Shown one piece after another: positions 36,085-47,824 of a DNA stretch of 64,000 nt. Below the pieces are notes generated by a model, which saw nothing but the letters and a program-made list of their open reading frames with translations, had not been told where the DNA came from and ran no database searches. The DNA is taken from the NCBI GenBank assembly GCA_046563655.1, contig CM102286.1, positions 9,672,001 through 9,736,000 of the forward strand, written 5' to 3'. The stretch is from Yuukianura sp. NJ FZ-2021 (taxonomy: Eukaryota). The position numbers and the translations under genes were made by a program. The first letter of the stretch is position 1. Each line of letters starts with the position of its first letter.

Positions 36085-36885
36085 CCCCCCAGGGGTGGGG
36101 GTGTCCCCCCACTTTCCCGCCCCCCTCCCCCGGGGGAGTGGTGTTCCCCCACTTTTTTGCTCCGCACCCCAGGGAGCGCGGGGGTGTGTTCCACCACTTT
36201 CCCGCACCTCAGGGGGGAGTGGGGGTGTTCCCCCCACTTTTTTGCTCCGCACCCCAGGGAGCGCGGGGTTTGTTCCGCCACTTTCCCGCCCCTCCGGGGG
36301 GAGTGGGAGTGTTCCCCCCACTTTTTTGCTCCGCACCCCAGGGAGCGCGGGGTGTGTTCCGCCACTTTCCCGCCCCTCTGGGGGGAGTGGGAGTGTTCTC
36401 CCCACTTTTTTGCTCCGCACCCCAGGGAGCGCGGGGTTTGTTCCGCCACTTTCCCGCCCCTCCGGGGGGAGTGGGAGTGTTCCCCCCACTCTTTTGCTCC
36501 GCACCCCAGGGAGCGCGGGGTGTGTTCCGCCACTTTCCCGCCCCTCCGGGAGGAGTGGAGGTGTTCCCCTCACTTTTTTGCTCCGCATCCCAGGGAGCGC
36601 GGGGGTGTGTTCCCCGGGGGAGAGCAGGTGGGTGCCCCGGGGGAGAGGGGGTTGTTCCCCGGAAGGAGAGGGGGTAGTTCCCCGGGGGGAGAGGGGGTGG
36701 TTTCCCGGGGGGAGAGGGGGTGGCTCCCCGGCGGGAGAGGGGGAGATTCCCCGGGGGGAGAGGGGGTGGTTCCCCGGGAGGAGAGGGGGTGAGTGCCCCG
36801 GGGGAGAGGGGGTGAGTGCCCCGGGGGAGAGGAGGTGAGTGCCCCGGGGGAGAGGGGGTGAGTGCCCCGGGGAGAGGGGGTGTTT
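36085..36885. repeat. GC-rich tandem array: 84-bp unit (~6 copies), then ~21-22-bp G-rich units
   Basis: GTGTTC anchors at 36141, 36225, 36309, 36393, 36477, 36561 (period 84). Then CCCCGGGGGAGAGGGGGTGAGTG-like units ~36612-36885. Confidence 0.92.
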
Positions 36886-37094
36886 ACCCACTTCCTCACC
36901 TCCTATGGGGTGTCGCACTGACTTCAAAAAAAGATGAGGAGAGGTGGGATCTGGATGAAGCAACAACAGAACGAATGGATAGGCGACTGGGCACACTTGT
37001 ACATGTCAACTGCGTAATAGATTTTTTGCTAAGCAGAGAATCAAGTCCCATGCCAATTGCCTTTCCAGTCTCACAAGCAGAGTTTTTTTACGCA

Positions 37095-38122
37095 CACTTG
37101 CATTACAAATGACTTTTGAAATCGATTTTGACCCGGAAGGAGTTGACCTAGGGTCATACATTACATACAAAAGTTGTTGGTCTCGATGAGATGAACAACT
37201 TTTGTAGAGGTCATTTTCCGGGTTATCAGGGATGAAACCGGTTGACCTTGACCTTTGACCCGGAGGGAATTGACACCCGGGGATCATATTCAATAGAGAC
37301 CAAGCCCGGGAGGGAAACATAAAGTAGGTCATTCTTTTCCGAGTATGACGAGGGACGCCATGTTGCAAATTCTGTCGTTTCTATTTCTGGAACCGTATGT
37401 CCAATGTCAAGGTCATCTATAAAAAAGTTGTTCACCACAATGAGATAAACAACTTTTGTGGAGGTCATTTATTTGATTTCCATCAACAAAGCACTTGACC
37501 TTGACCTTTGACCCGGTGTGAGGAAGCAAAAGTAGGGCTGGCAGTATTGTCCACTGCACCATGGCTACCTCCTATCCACTAGTAGTAAACAACCAGACTT
37601 TGCTATCCTCCGTGTGACTGGCCTAGTCACACACCCCACACCGGACCTGGACAACTTCCGGTCAAGCTGGACACGGATTAGACAACCCCTGGAACATGTG
37701 AAGCGCAACTGTGAATACAGATTGAAAATCGGTCTAGCGGTTCTGGAGTTATAGACTCGCGTAGCATGAGCGACGCCATTTTGCAAATTCTAAGGTCTGT
37801 ATCTCCAGAACCCCAAGCCAAAGGTCAAGGTCACCTGTACAAAAGTTGTTCGACTCGATGAATGAACAAGTTTTGTAGGGGTCATTTTCCCAATTTCCGT
37901 CGAAATTGCATTTGACCTTGACCTTTGACCCGGACATGGACAACTTCCGGTCAAACTGGACAACGATTGTTCACCTGCAGACCATGTCAAGTTCATCTGT
38001 GAAGACAGATTGAAAATCGGTCCAGCGGTTCCAGAGTTATTCATACTAGTAGACAGACGGACGGACGGACGGACGGACAGACAGACAGGGTCAACCATAA
38101 AGTAGCTTTTGCTACTTAATAA
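37095..38122 (-). mobile_element. DINE-1/Helentron-associated (HINE-like) non-autonomous element; left boundary uncertain
   Basis: Terminal hairpin AAGTAGC-TTTT-GCTACTT (38100-38117), (GAC[A/G])n microsatellite 38051-38088, conserved block (- strand) AACTCTGGAACCGCTGGACCGATTTTCA, and internal repeats TTGACCTTGACCTTTGACCCGG. Related pieces at ~35755-35915, ~41700-42462 and ~47220-47315. Confidence 0.65.
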
Positions 38123-38362
38123 ACTGATAAATTCAAATAATATAATAAAGATTTCATGATAATTGCAAACTCAAGGCAGAGATAACTTCCAATTAGAAAT
38201 TAATTTCAAGACAACTTTGCTGGTTCATTAGCCAGACTCACTTTGGTTGACCAGTTTGTCTAAGCCGTGGCCATGAAATTTGCCCTTGAATAAACTAAAC
38301 TGACAAGCTTAATTAAACGTACGACTTCATTTGCCTCAGTTATGTAAGCCGGCCTTTTATAA

Positions 38363-38462
38363 NNNNNNNNNNNNNNNNNNNNNNNNNNNNNNNNNNNNNN
38401 NNNNNNNNNNNNNNNNNNNNNNNNNNNNNNNNNNNNNNNNNNNNNNNNNNNNNNNNNNNNNN
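38363..38462. other. Assembly gap (100 N)
   Basis: Run of exactly 100 N. Confidence 0.99.
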
Positions 38463-40440
38463 CCTATTGCAGCAGCGGTATCTAGTATTGCACAAAATGA
38501 AACCTAAACAACTCCAACAGCTTTGAAATTATTGTCGAGGCAACCAAAAGTATTCGCCTGATTACAGTCAATTCGCAAATTCCATTGCTGAAATCCAATC
38601 CCCGACACACAACCGAATCTTTCGTTATTTTGTCAGCCATGTTTACGCCCCTCTCAATGGCATTTAGTTGTCAAAACAGTATTTCCGGAAGAATGTCACG
38701 CCTGGTGGCAACATACTCCTCGTCAATCTCACTCATGGGTCCAATGTAAAGCAACTCTCGTCGACGGATTTGACGGACCAAGAGTATAACGTAATAGAAT
38801 GCGATATTTTGCAAATGAAAATTTATGAACTAACGATCCTACCAAAACCTATATCTACAATACCTTGAGTCTTGCCAAATTATGTTATCCAAAAGAAACT
38901 GTTTCCTAACTCGAGTGAGTACAAACATCATTATTTCCCATGTTACCTACACATTTGGCATTCCGAAAATTTGACTGTCGAGCAGAGCTATTTAGAGCTT
39001 GCACAAAAGAATACACGAAAACTGGGCCAACTGACTGAGAACTTCCAACTCTCCCTAGGTTACTTTAGGATTACATACATTCTTTAGAGATGTATGAGAG
39101 AGGGAAGTCAGTCTTAATAAAGTATCTCTTGGAGTAACAAGCTTATCTTGTCTTCTCTGCTCATTCTTTGACCTTGTCGTCGGATATTGGCTGACCTGGG
39201 CTCCACCGAGAAGCCAGTTGGGAGAAGCTACGTTGTACTCCGCTGCATGTACTTCATGGTGTCCTACTCACTAGAGTAATGTTATACCCGTCCGACTCTC
39301 TGTTGGTACGAGGCGGGCGGAAATAATATCGATAATAAAATCGGGCGGAAATAATAAAATATCGATAAGGTCACGCGTGGGTGGGCGTTGGAATGTCTCG
39401 CAGCTGTTGGACAGGGAATATGAAAGCAACCAGGTAATAATTTTAGAGGTAAATTACGTAAATTACAGTTAGCCTGCTATAGTTCAAAGGATACTATGTT
39501 AGGTTCATCCTTCACCCCCTAATTTACCTTCGAACTCTGCCCAGATAACTGCAATTCACCCCATTTGAGACGGCCATCTACAGTGCGGTAGAAGAAGTTG
39601 CCGGGTTTGCTAAGTGACTGCAATTGGTGATTTTACATTGCTTAAGAAGAATGGCTTAATTGCTTAACCTAACGTATTCGGATCTCAGTAAAGTAGGCGT
39701 TGTATACGACTCGGCATTGATAAAACGAGTGTAGTTTTTACATATAGAAGAAAATAAGTTATTTATACTTCCTGATACGGAATTAGCGGGTGGTGATCAG
39801 GACATATTTCTATGTACTTGTTGGGCGGACGGATTTTTTTGGTTCTAAGGAACAGGTCGCAGGAAGGGGGTACCCATACCCTAAAAGATGGGTTACAAGA
39901 TGACTTGCGCATGAGATAAATGAGATGGAGGGTAGCAAAAATTGTAATACTGTACATCTAGGTTGGGTAGGTAAACTAACCTGAGTTCCTAACATAATTC
40001 TCAAATTGTGTTCCCTGTAGTATGTATTATGTGCAGCTACAATCGGGTGCTAAGTCGAGGTGTCTCACAGCCGGGGAAAAATGTTGCCGCACAAGTGTAG
40101 CCACCCATTTTAGCAACTCAAAATAGCCGCCACGTTAGGTTAGGCAATATCCGTTAGGTCTAGGTTTAGTACCCGTAGAGCAGCTACACTGTCTGGCTGC
40201 ACTGAAGGTCGTTAAATCGTATATCGACTTAATTCCGCTTTACTCGACACCAAAATACTTTAGTTTCAGCAAAACGTACATCATTACTTGACCCTATTAC
40301 TTGAACCTATGACATCACAGGGAACATTGCGAGATGTGAACTTCAAGATCTAACACACTATAAGGATCCAGAGGACAGGTACACGTAAGAATGGCGAGTA
40401 AACGAAAGGATTACTTGAATCAAAGCTCTGAGCCTGAAAT

Positions 40441-43403
40441 TTATGTCATCTTGACACCAAGGGCTCCCCTCACGCGTTCGTAGACCAAATACGAAATGCT
40501 GACTGCCGGCGCAACCTGTAGCGTAATATCTGTATTAAGAAGTGTTAACAAATAAGCAGGTCAACGGTTTCGTACCTTCAGAAAGTTAGGAAGTATTCCA
40601 CGGTACAATCCCGTTATTCCTTCCTTCTGAAGGATTGTTTTGAAAATGAGCGTCATGCTTTGATTGCTCGTTGCATATGATGCTTGCAGTTGGGTTCGAA
40701 CAAGGGCTAGTGGATACGATGCGATTTGTCCGCAAGTAGAAGATATTGTCCCACATGCTAGGAGAACAAGAACTGGTGGGTCTTTGGTAGGTTCCTGGCG
40801 TAAGTAAGCACGCTTAAGCGATTCGTAAATTGCTAGGTCAATTCCAGCGTACGGCAGAATTCCAATCAAATTCGGAAGGTAGCCTTTATAGAAACCTTTA
40901 TAACCTTCCTTCACAAACATCTTCTGCATGAGGTCAATCACATTCTTATATTCACCTAAAACGTAGAACAATCCGATAAGTTTTGAAATCGCTTTACATC
41001 CGCCTGCAATTGAATGAGAACACATACCTGTCTTCCTCAATGCAAGTTTTGTTTTAATAACCTCCAGGGGGTAAATGACTGTTTGACTAATTGCACCAGC
41101 TAAGGACCCAGCGATAAAACGTTCCTCTATTCTAATTTCCTTGTTGGGATTTCTTCGTTTGAGGAGAGCTTTGAGTTGCTCATATGCCATAAACTTGATA
41201 GCCGATTCTGGTGCAATTTTAATGACGTTTATACCATTTCCACGCCACATAGAAAAAATACCTCCTTCCTTAATCATGGCACGAAAACAACCCATAACAC
41301 CATTAGAGGTCAACGGTGAATTTTTTCCATGAACCTATCAAAACACTCGTTAGTTAAGGACAAACCGTAATTGTTCAAATCGAATCAGTTTAGGTATTTA
41401 GATTTAGGTATTTAGCAACCTGCAGGAACACTTTGATTCTATCAAGTGGGGCAGTCGATGTTCGACTCACGGCGCCTGCCAAACCACCGGAAACTAAGTG
41501 CCGCCACCACAAGCCGCTTTTTAATTCTTGTGGTGTAAAATCTTGAGGCACGGCTGCAGCCTCGCCGATATCCAGAAACTACACAAACATCCAAAATTCC
41601 ACAACAACCGATTAATCATTCGAAGTACATTTGCGAATACAATTTTTGGAAATCGGTCCTGTGGTGACAAAGTTATCGACGTACGTAGCACGAGCGACAC
41701 TATTTTACAACTTCTAGCGTCTATATCTCCGGAACAGTAAGTCAAAGGTCAACGTCATCCATAGAGTTGTCAAAGGGATTGTTGGTTTTTTCTATTAACT
41801 AAAGTGGACTTAAGGCATTTTTGAAACATTTTTTGAAGCAATTCTAGAGCGGATAAAAACAGCTTTCATCTCAAGTTTAGACGCGCTTCACAGACGATAA
41901 AGTTTAAATGTTCATTTTTCAAAATTTCCAAAATTAATTTACTTCAATGTTCAAAATCTATTCACCCAAATCTGTCACGATCGAAAATTTGATTTGTAAT
42001 GATTATAACTAAACCATCTTATTATACTTATGTTAGCAAAAAATAATATAACGATAGCTTCTGGAAAACTATAATTCTAACGTTTGCGTGTATAGTTCTC
42101 GAAATTTTGAAAAATGAACACCCAAATTGTATCGTTTGTGTGTATCGTTAAAGTTGAGATGCAAGCGGTCAAGTAACCTAACCCAGCCTAGTTAAAGGAA
42201 AAAACCGAGAATCCCCTTGACAACTCTATGAGGTAACCTACACAAAAGTTCGCCTCAATGGGCGGAATAACTTTTGTAAAGGTGATTTTGGTCACTTCCG
42301 GTCAAACTCGAAACCACTTCATGAACTACAAGCAAAAAGGCATCGATCTGCAAACACAGATTGAAAATCTTTCCCGCTGTTCCAGAGCTAGCTTGACCAG
42401 CAGACGGACCGAAATACATACACGGGCAAAACAATAAAGTAGTGAATAAATTAGCTACTTAAACGAACACTTACTGTAGACTGCCTCCAATACGAAACAA
42501 CCTCTTTTAAATCTTCACTTGGGCTTAGCATCAAAAAATCACGCCACTCTTCCCAGCTGATGTCATAGCTTTCATCTTCATCCATTCTGTAATTAAAATT
42601 AAATTTCATGTAATCTCTATCATGTAATCTTTTGAACGGCGATCATTTTTAGTTAGGAATATTAAAAACAAACGAACCGCTTGATCATTGCTTCTGCTTC
42701 TTCTAGCGTCAAAATAATTCCAAGTTTTTTTGAGGCTTCAATGACTTCATGGACATCAAGCTGTCCATTATTGTTTCGATCCACTTCCCTAAAAACTTCC
42801 CGCAACTTGCGTTCGTGCTGCCGAATATGATCTAGGAATTCGTCGATAGAAACGTCTCCAGAATTGTCAATATCCGTTCTTTGCATGAACCTCTGAACAG
42901 AAGACTTCAAATTAAAAAAAGATGAGTTCAATCAGGGTTTCACCTTTGAAGCAGCCACTAAAAGCATAATTTCAACTCCACATACTTGAAAGATGAAACT
43001 TCATGCGACACCGAAGCAAACTAAACGCGAAGGGGCGAAAAGTAAGAAAAGGACAGAAAACAGATAAATTGCAGCTTAAGGTTTTTCGACTAAACTTCCA
43101 AACATTGAACCTAGCCTTGCAGGTCTATGATTTTAGTGAAATAGTCGAAAATCCTTATGAAGCGAAATCACATAGTAAAGTTACCTTTGCCAAATCTTTA
43201 GCACCAGCAGATCCATGTCCAGCTTTTTCCAGTGCAGCAATAAGCTCGACTAGATCAATTCTACCATCTCCATCCAAGTCTAATTTATGAAACAAGGCGG
43301 AAAGTCGTTCAAAATCTCCTTGGTTATCGACGCCATTGTGATTGTGGTTGTGATTAGTATTGCTTTCTGCAGGTCTATCGCTCAAACCTTCTTTAGAATT
43401 CAT
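40441..43403 (-). CDS. SCaMC: Calcium-binding mitochondrial ATP-Mg/Pi carrier (SLC25A23/24/25 family); 7 coding exons, 488 aa
   Basis: Exons 43403-43185, 42892-42678, 42586-42475, 41578-41420, 41334-41028, 40955-40576, 40515-40441 total 1467 nt. Four EF-hands ([40 protein letters not shown]), then [64 protein letters not shown]. Confidence 0.95.
41760..42230. mobile_element. Foldback MITE with CATAGAG termini (P- or hAT-like), nested in a DINE-1-like relic in an SCaMC intron
   Basis: TIRs CATAGAGTTGTCAAAGGGATT / AATCCCCTTGACAACTCTATG with long complementary arms. The flanks ACGTCATC and AGGTAACC both resemble AGGTCACC in the uninterrupted repeat at ~37828, implying a decayed 8-bp TSD. Confidence 0.7.
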
Positions 43404-43641
43404 CTTTCCTGTTTATCAGTTTGTTGCTGCAAACAAAACAGGAAGGGAAATTTTGAATTAGTTCTATGCAAAGATTTTTAAGACATGTGTTATGTGTCTA
43501 ATAAACTATAATTGGTAAAGTTAGTAACCAGGATAACCGAACTTGTAGAGGTAGTAAAAGTTGCAGGCATCGGCAATAAGAAACAGCCTCGCGAGTGGTA
43601 AAAACTATAATTGCAAAGATGAAGGGAAAAGTATCTATATA

Positions 43642-43806
43642 CAGTGAGCGCCAGCTAAAACCATACACCCTAACCTAAAAATTTCATCATAAGAGTTTAA
43701 CTGAAGTTTCATATTTTGAGTTAATTTTCCCGCCATGTTTACCTAATTTTCAACTCGTTTCTACGGAAACAAAATAGGAGTGTATGGTTTTAGCTGGCGC
43801 TCATCG
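43642..43806. mobile_element. Tc1/mariner-type MITE, 165 bp
   Basis: TIRs CAGTGAGCGCCAGCTAAAACCATACAC / GTGTATGGTTTTAGCTGGCGCTCATCG with a TA TSD. Confidence 0.8.
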
Positions 43807-43910
43807 TAGTTTCAAGCAAACAAAATACTGACTTTAGTTCGGTTGCCGTAGTTTGCATTTTCTAAACAACTTTTCTGAGACTGCGAGATTGACATTTTCA
43901 TGCGTCCTGG

Positions 43911-44193
43911 CTAAGTGTAGGAATGTCGTACAGAGATCCACAATATACCATTCTTTAGGAAAAGACTTGAACTAGAATAATTATGAGTCAGAATTTTCAA
44001 ATTTTAAGTTTCAAATTTTCAAATTTTATTCATTTTCAAATTTCGTAAGAATAGAAGTAGAATTTTTGTGTCATAGTTTTCTTCATAGTTAGAAAAAAAA
44101 TTTGAAAACTGTGACTAATAATTAATGTAGTTCAAGTTATTTTCTTCAAGATTGATATATTGTGGATCACTGTACGACATTGCTTAGGCTGAG
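43911..44193. mobile_element. Degenerate foldback MITE
   Basis: AATGTCGTACAGAGATCCACAATATA (43922-43947) pairs with TATATTGTGGATCACTGTACGACATT (44156-44181); arms extend about 100 bp. Confidence 0.6.
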
Positions 44194-46559
44194 CCCCGTG
44201 AAATTTCACCATTTTTAGCCGTAATTTGATCCCCCCCATTACCAGGGTGTTCGCAAGCCTTAAATAAATATTTCACTAACCAGATGCGTAACAAAGCCAA
44301 TTTTGAACAAAATTTTTGAAGCCAATGTTTTCCAACGTTTGTCGTGACAACTCACTGAATTTTATGAAACTTAAGGATGGTACTGGTACACACAGTGAAC
44401 CATCGGTAACTGAAAACGATAACCATTCTTAACCATCGTGAACATCACGACTACCACTTCAGTCTCGTAATAAGTGGCGGAAAACAGAAACATACCGCAA
44501 CGATGGAAAAAAAAGTATGAGCGTTCAAACAAACTGAAGTGACCCACAATTCCAGCAAGCTAGGCGCAAGCGTTAATCCGTCAAGTGCAAGCGGTTTTTT
44601 TCCGTCTCATCCAAAGTGAAATTGGCTTCAAATTTTTTGCTGAAATTAGGCCATATTTCGTCTCTAGTTAGAAGGAAAACCCAACAAATTACCTTGACAA
44701 CTCTGTAGCTTTATGTAATAGAAACGGGTGGCGTGTTGAGGACTAAATAAACAACTATTCTACTTTTCACTATGATCACTATTGCTTAAAAAAAAGAATG
44801 TCGAAAATCCGAGTTACCCGCTGTAAGGTGTAAAGTACTGTTCCGTTCATTTAACAAATGTGAAAAAAACCAAATTGCGACAAGGCCAATCTCCCATAAG
44901 AAAAAAATGTCTCAAATACATATCCTGGCTCCATCCCTCCGCCATTGAGACAACCGGTAACTTCTTTCCTGACACCGTCTTTCCAAAAACTCTCCGAAAT
45001 TAGATTTTGCGCGGCGAGCAGATGTTGCAACGATTAAATTGATAGGCGCACGAATAAATCAACGCTAAGAGTACTTTGAAAAAGTGTTGTACTATTTTGA
45101 TGTAATTTATACAGATTTTTGTAGTATTTCATTATTATTTAATAATTTGTTCAATAATTTAAGGAAGTTAATATTTGCTTGTCGGGGAATATCTAATTTC
45201 GGAAGGGTTTTGGAAAGACCATGTGTCAGGAAAGAAGTTCCCTCTTTTCTCAAAGACGGAGGGAAGGAGCGAGGATCTTTTTCCGAGACTCCGTTTATTA
45301 TGGGAGTACAGCCTTTGTAGCAATTTGGCTTTTTTTTACATTTGTTAAATGCACGGAACAGAAAGGTAGGTAAAGTGTACCCAAGCATAGTTACAAAAGA
45401 AGAATAAAAGTAATCAATTTTTATCAATTTAAGTTTTCTTCTTTTTCAGTAAATAAAGTCGGTTTTTATAGTTACCTTAAGCACATTCACATTTGCACAT
45501 CGCAGTCACCACAAACTGCCAGAAACAAATCCGAAATGCTAAAGAGAGCAAAAGACGAACTATAACAGCAGTCACCTAATAAGTTCGGCCAACGTCCCGG
45601 AAAAAGTCACTGGAGCAGTTGAGGCGGAGAAAACCTGGTTCAAACAAACGGCCAAAAAACAAACAAGACTATAGGAATTAATTGTAAGGAAGTGTACTCC
45701 CTTCTTTCTCCTATAAACGCGCACTTCTTCATTCAAGATCAAGTAAACAATCTCATGGTATATTAATCACCCGCATTCACGGTAACTCACACTATAAACC
45801 CCATAGAACCGACAATCCGATCCAGCAGAAATAGAACAATCACAGCCAGAAATACATACCTATGGGGGGAAATCGCCAGCAAAAAATTTAAAACAAATTT
45901 CGCAACAAAAGACTTTTACAGCAACTGAAAAGTTGATGCAAAAAAATCGACGCAGAAAAAGAACGTAGTTGCAGAAAAAACGTCGAGTTGCTTAGGCGAA
46001 TAGGTTAAATGTTACGTATACGTTGATAGGTGAATTTATTAAATTTGATTTTAATTAATGTTGCTGGGAAGATGATGTAGCATTGCTTAATTTGCATATT
46101 GATTTTGTGAAGATCTTCACATCTTTGGTTTAGGTGAGAGGCGCTTTAAATGTTTCAGTCCTACCAGGGGTTTCATCATATTAATTTCTTGCTTCAAATT
46201 CTAATTTCACAAGTATGATTTTAATGTAACGAAAAAAAGAAAAAAGTTAAGTTCAAAAAGGGTTAAATAACGTAGTGGTATTTTACATTGATCCTCCAAT
46301 AAAATCTTTGCGTGTTCGTCTATGCCAGTCTTTTAGAGTTGAAAAGCGGCTGTCACTCCTTATAATTAACGCCTCATATTTCATCAAATTTTAACTAGTG
46401 TAACATTATGTAAACTGGAAGCAGTTGACCCAGATACCCATACATTCAACAGCCATAACGATTTCCTGTACAAACATACCATACATGCCCATAAGGTATA
46501 CCAAACATTTCACCGCCTTGAGTCTAAGGTTTAGCGATCGGCATTCTACCGGCATAGCC

Positions 46560-46961
46560 AAACGTCTCTGTCATTCTAGTGGCTACAATGAGTGGCTACA
46601 CTCTAGGTTAGGTTAGGTTGCGTTACAGTGGCTACTTCAGCTAGCGGCGAAAAAGCCCTAGCGACCAAAAACCGATTTTTGAAAAGTAAATAATGAAAAA
46701 ATAACGTGACGTCATCCGGAGAGTAACGATGGGGCGTGGCTAATCAAGTTCGACTGTATTGCAAACGTGTTAAGCCACGCCCATCGACTACTCACCGGAT
46801 GACGTCACTCTCAAATTTTTCCCGTTGCGTTTTGAAAAAACATATTGAAGGGACCGTACCTTATAGTATTCTATTTACCTTGTGGCTACTTAAGTTTCCA
46901 CCCGTTGTAACCACTAAAAATGGCAGAATAGCTACACTAGGCGGCTACAATGACAGCCGTT
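46560..46961. mobile_element. MITE-like element with GTGGCTAC and TTAGG repeats and an internal palindrome
   Basis: Ends CTGTCATT../..AATGACAG, repeated GTGGCTAC, TAGGTTAGGTTAGG, inner hairpin 46706-46808. A related relic lies at ~40030-40202. Confidence 0.5.
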
Positions 46962-47824
46962 AATCCTTACGTAGAAACCAGAGCCAGAAGAACACTCAGA
47001 CCCAAGCACCTTAACTGGACCCCCATGGAGAATATGGAAACAGAAAACGGGTGTAGCACTAACTAAAGCTCAGAACCCTCAGATCTTTAATGAGGGGCGA
47101 ATTTTATTATCGAGCCGCATTCGACTCGAATTTACAAGATTGTGTCTCAGATCAGATCCCACCATTCCACCAATCTTCCGTATAAATATTAGCGCCCAAA
47201 AAAGACAGTACTAGTCATAGGTCATAGGGTCATAGGTCAGAAGACAAAAAAGGATCTACTGATGGACCTGAATAATTTTTGTAGAGGTCATTTTTGGGTT
47301 GTCAGAGGTCATGTCACTCGCGAAAATTTTCTAAAATGGATTATTTATTGAAACATAACGTAAGGTTTTATTAACAAATGCGAATAATTATCACATCAAT
47401 TGATTTAACGACTCGATTAATTGTTTTTTTTTGTTCAGCAATTGAAACAATCTTCGTCCTATGCATAATAACTTTATACAATAAATCACTGATTTACAGC
47501 GAAAACGGTAATACATAATGGTTGGTTTTAGAAAGATGATTAGAAAATTTAAAAAGCTGCCACTTCTATTTTGCACATTAACTTCTTTTATCCTCAAAAA
47601 TTCACAACACCCAACTTTCAAAGCGCAAGCAACAGTGAAAACATAACAATGAGAACTACTAACTATTTATAAATTTATAACAGTTAAACTGAATTAACTA
47701 TTATCATACCAAGCATGGTGATAATACCCTATTTCACGGCGTATACCCGAGGGTTATCTGACGATTTTCGACGCCATACCGAAATGCAAAAAAAATAGGG
47801 CGCTGAAAACAATAGTCGTTGTTA

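Noticed and set aside
36024..36996. Long Pro/Gly-rich ORFs in several frames
   Set aside because: Stop-free by-product of a GC-rich repeat whose 84-bp period is a multiple of 3.
38463..39270. Possible second LTR or retroelement end after the gap
   Set aside because: AATAAA and a CA end are present, but there is no clear PPT, terminal repeat partner or recognisable protein.
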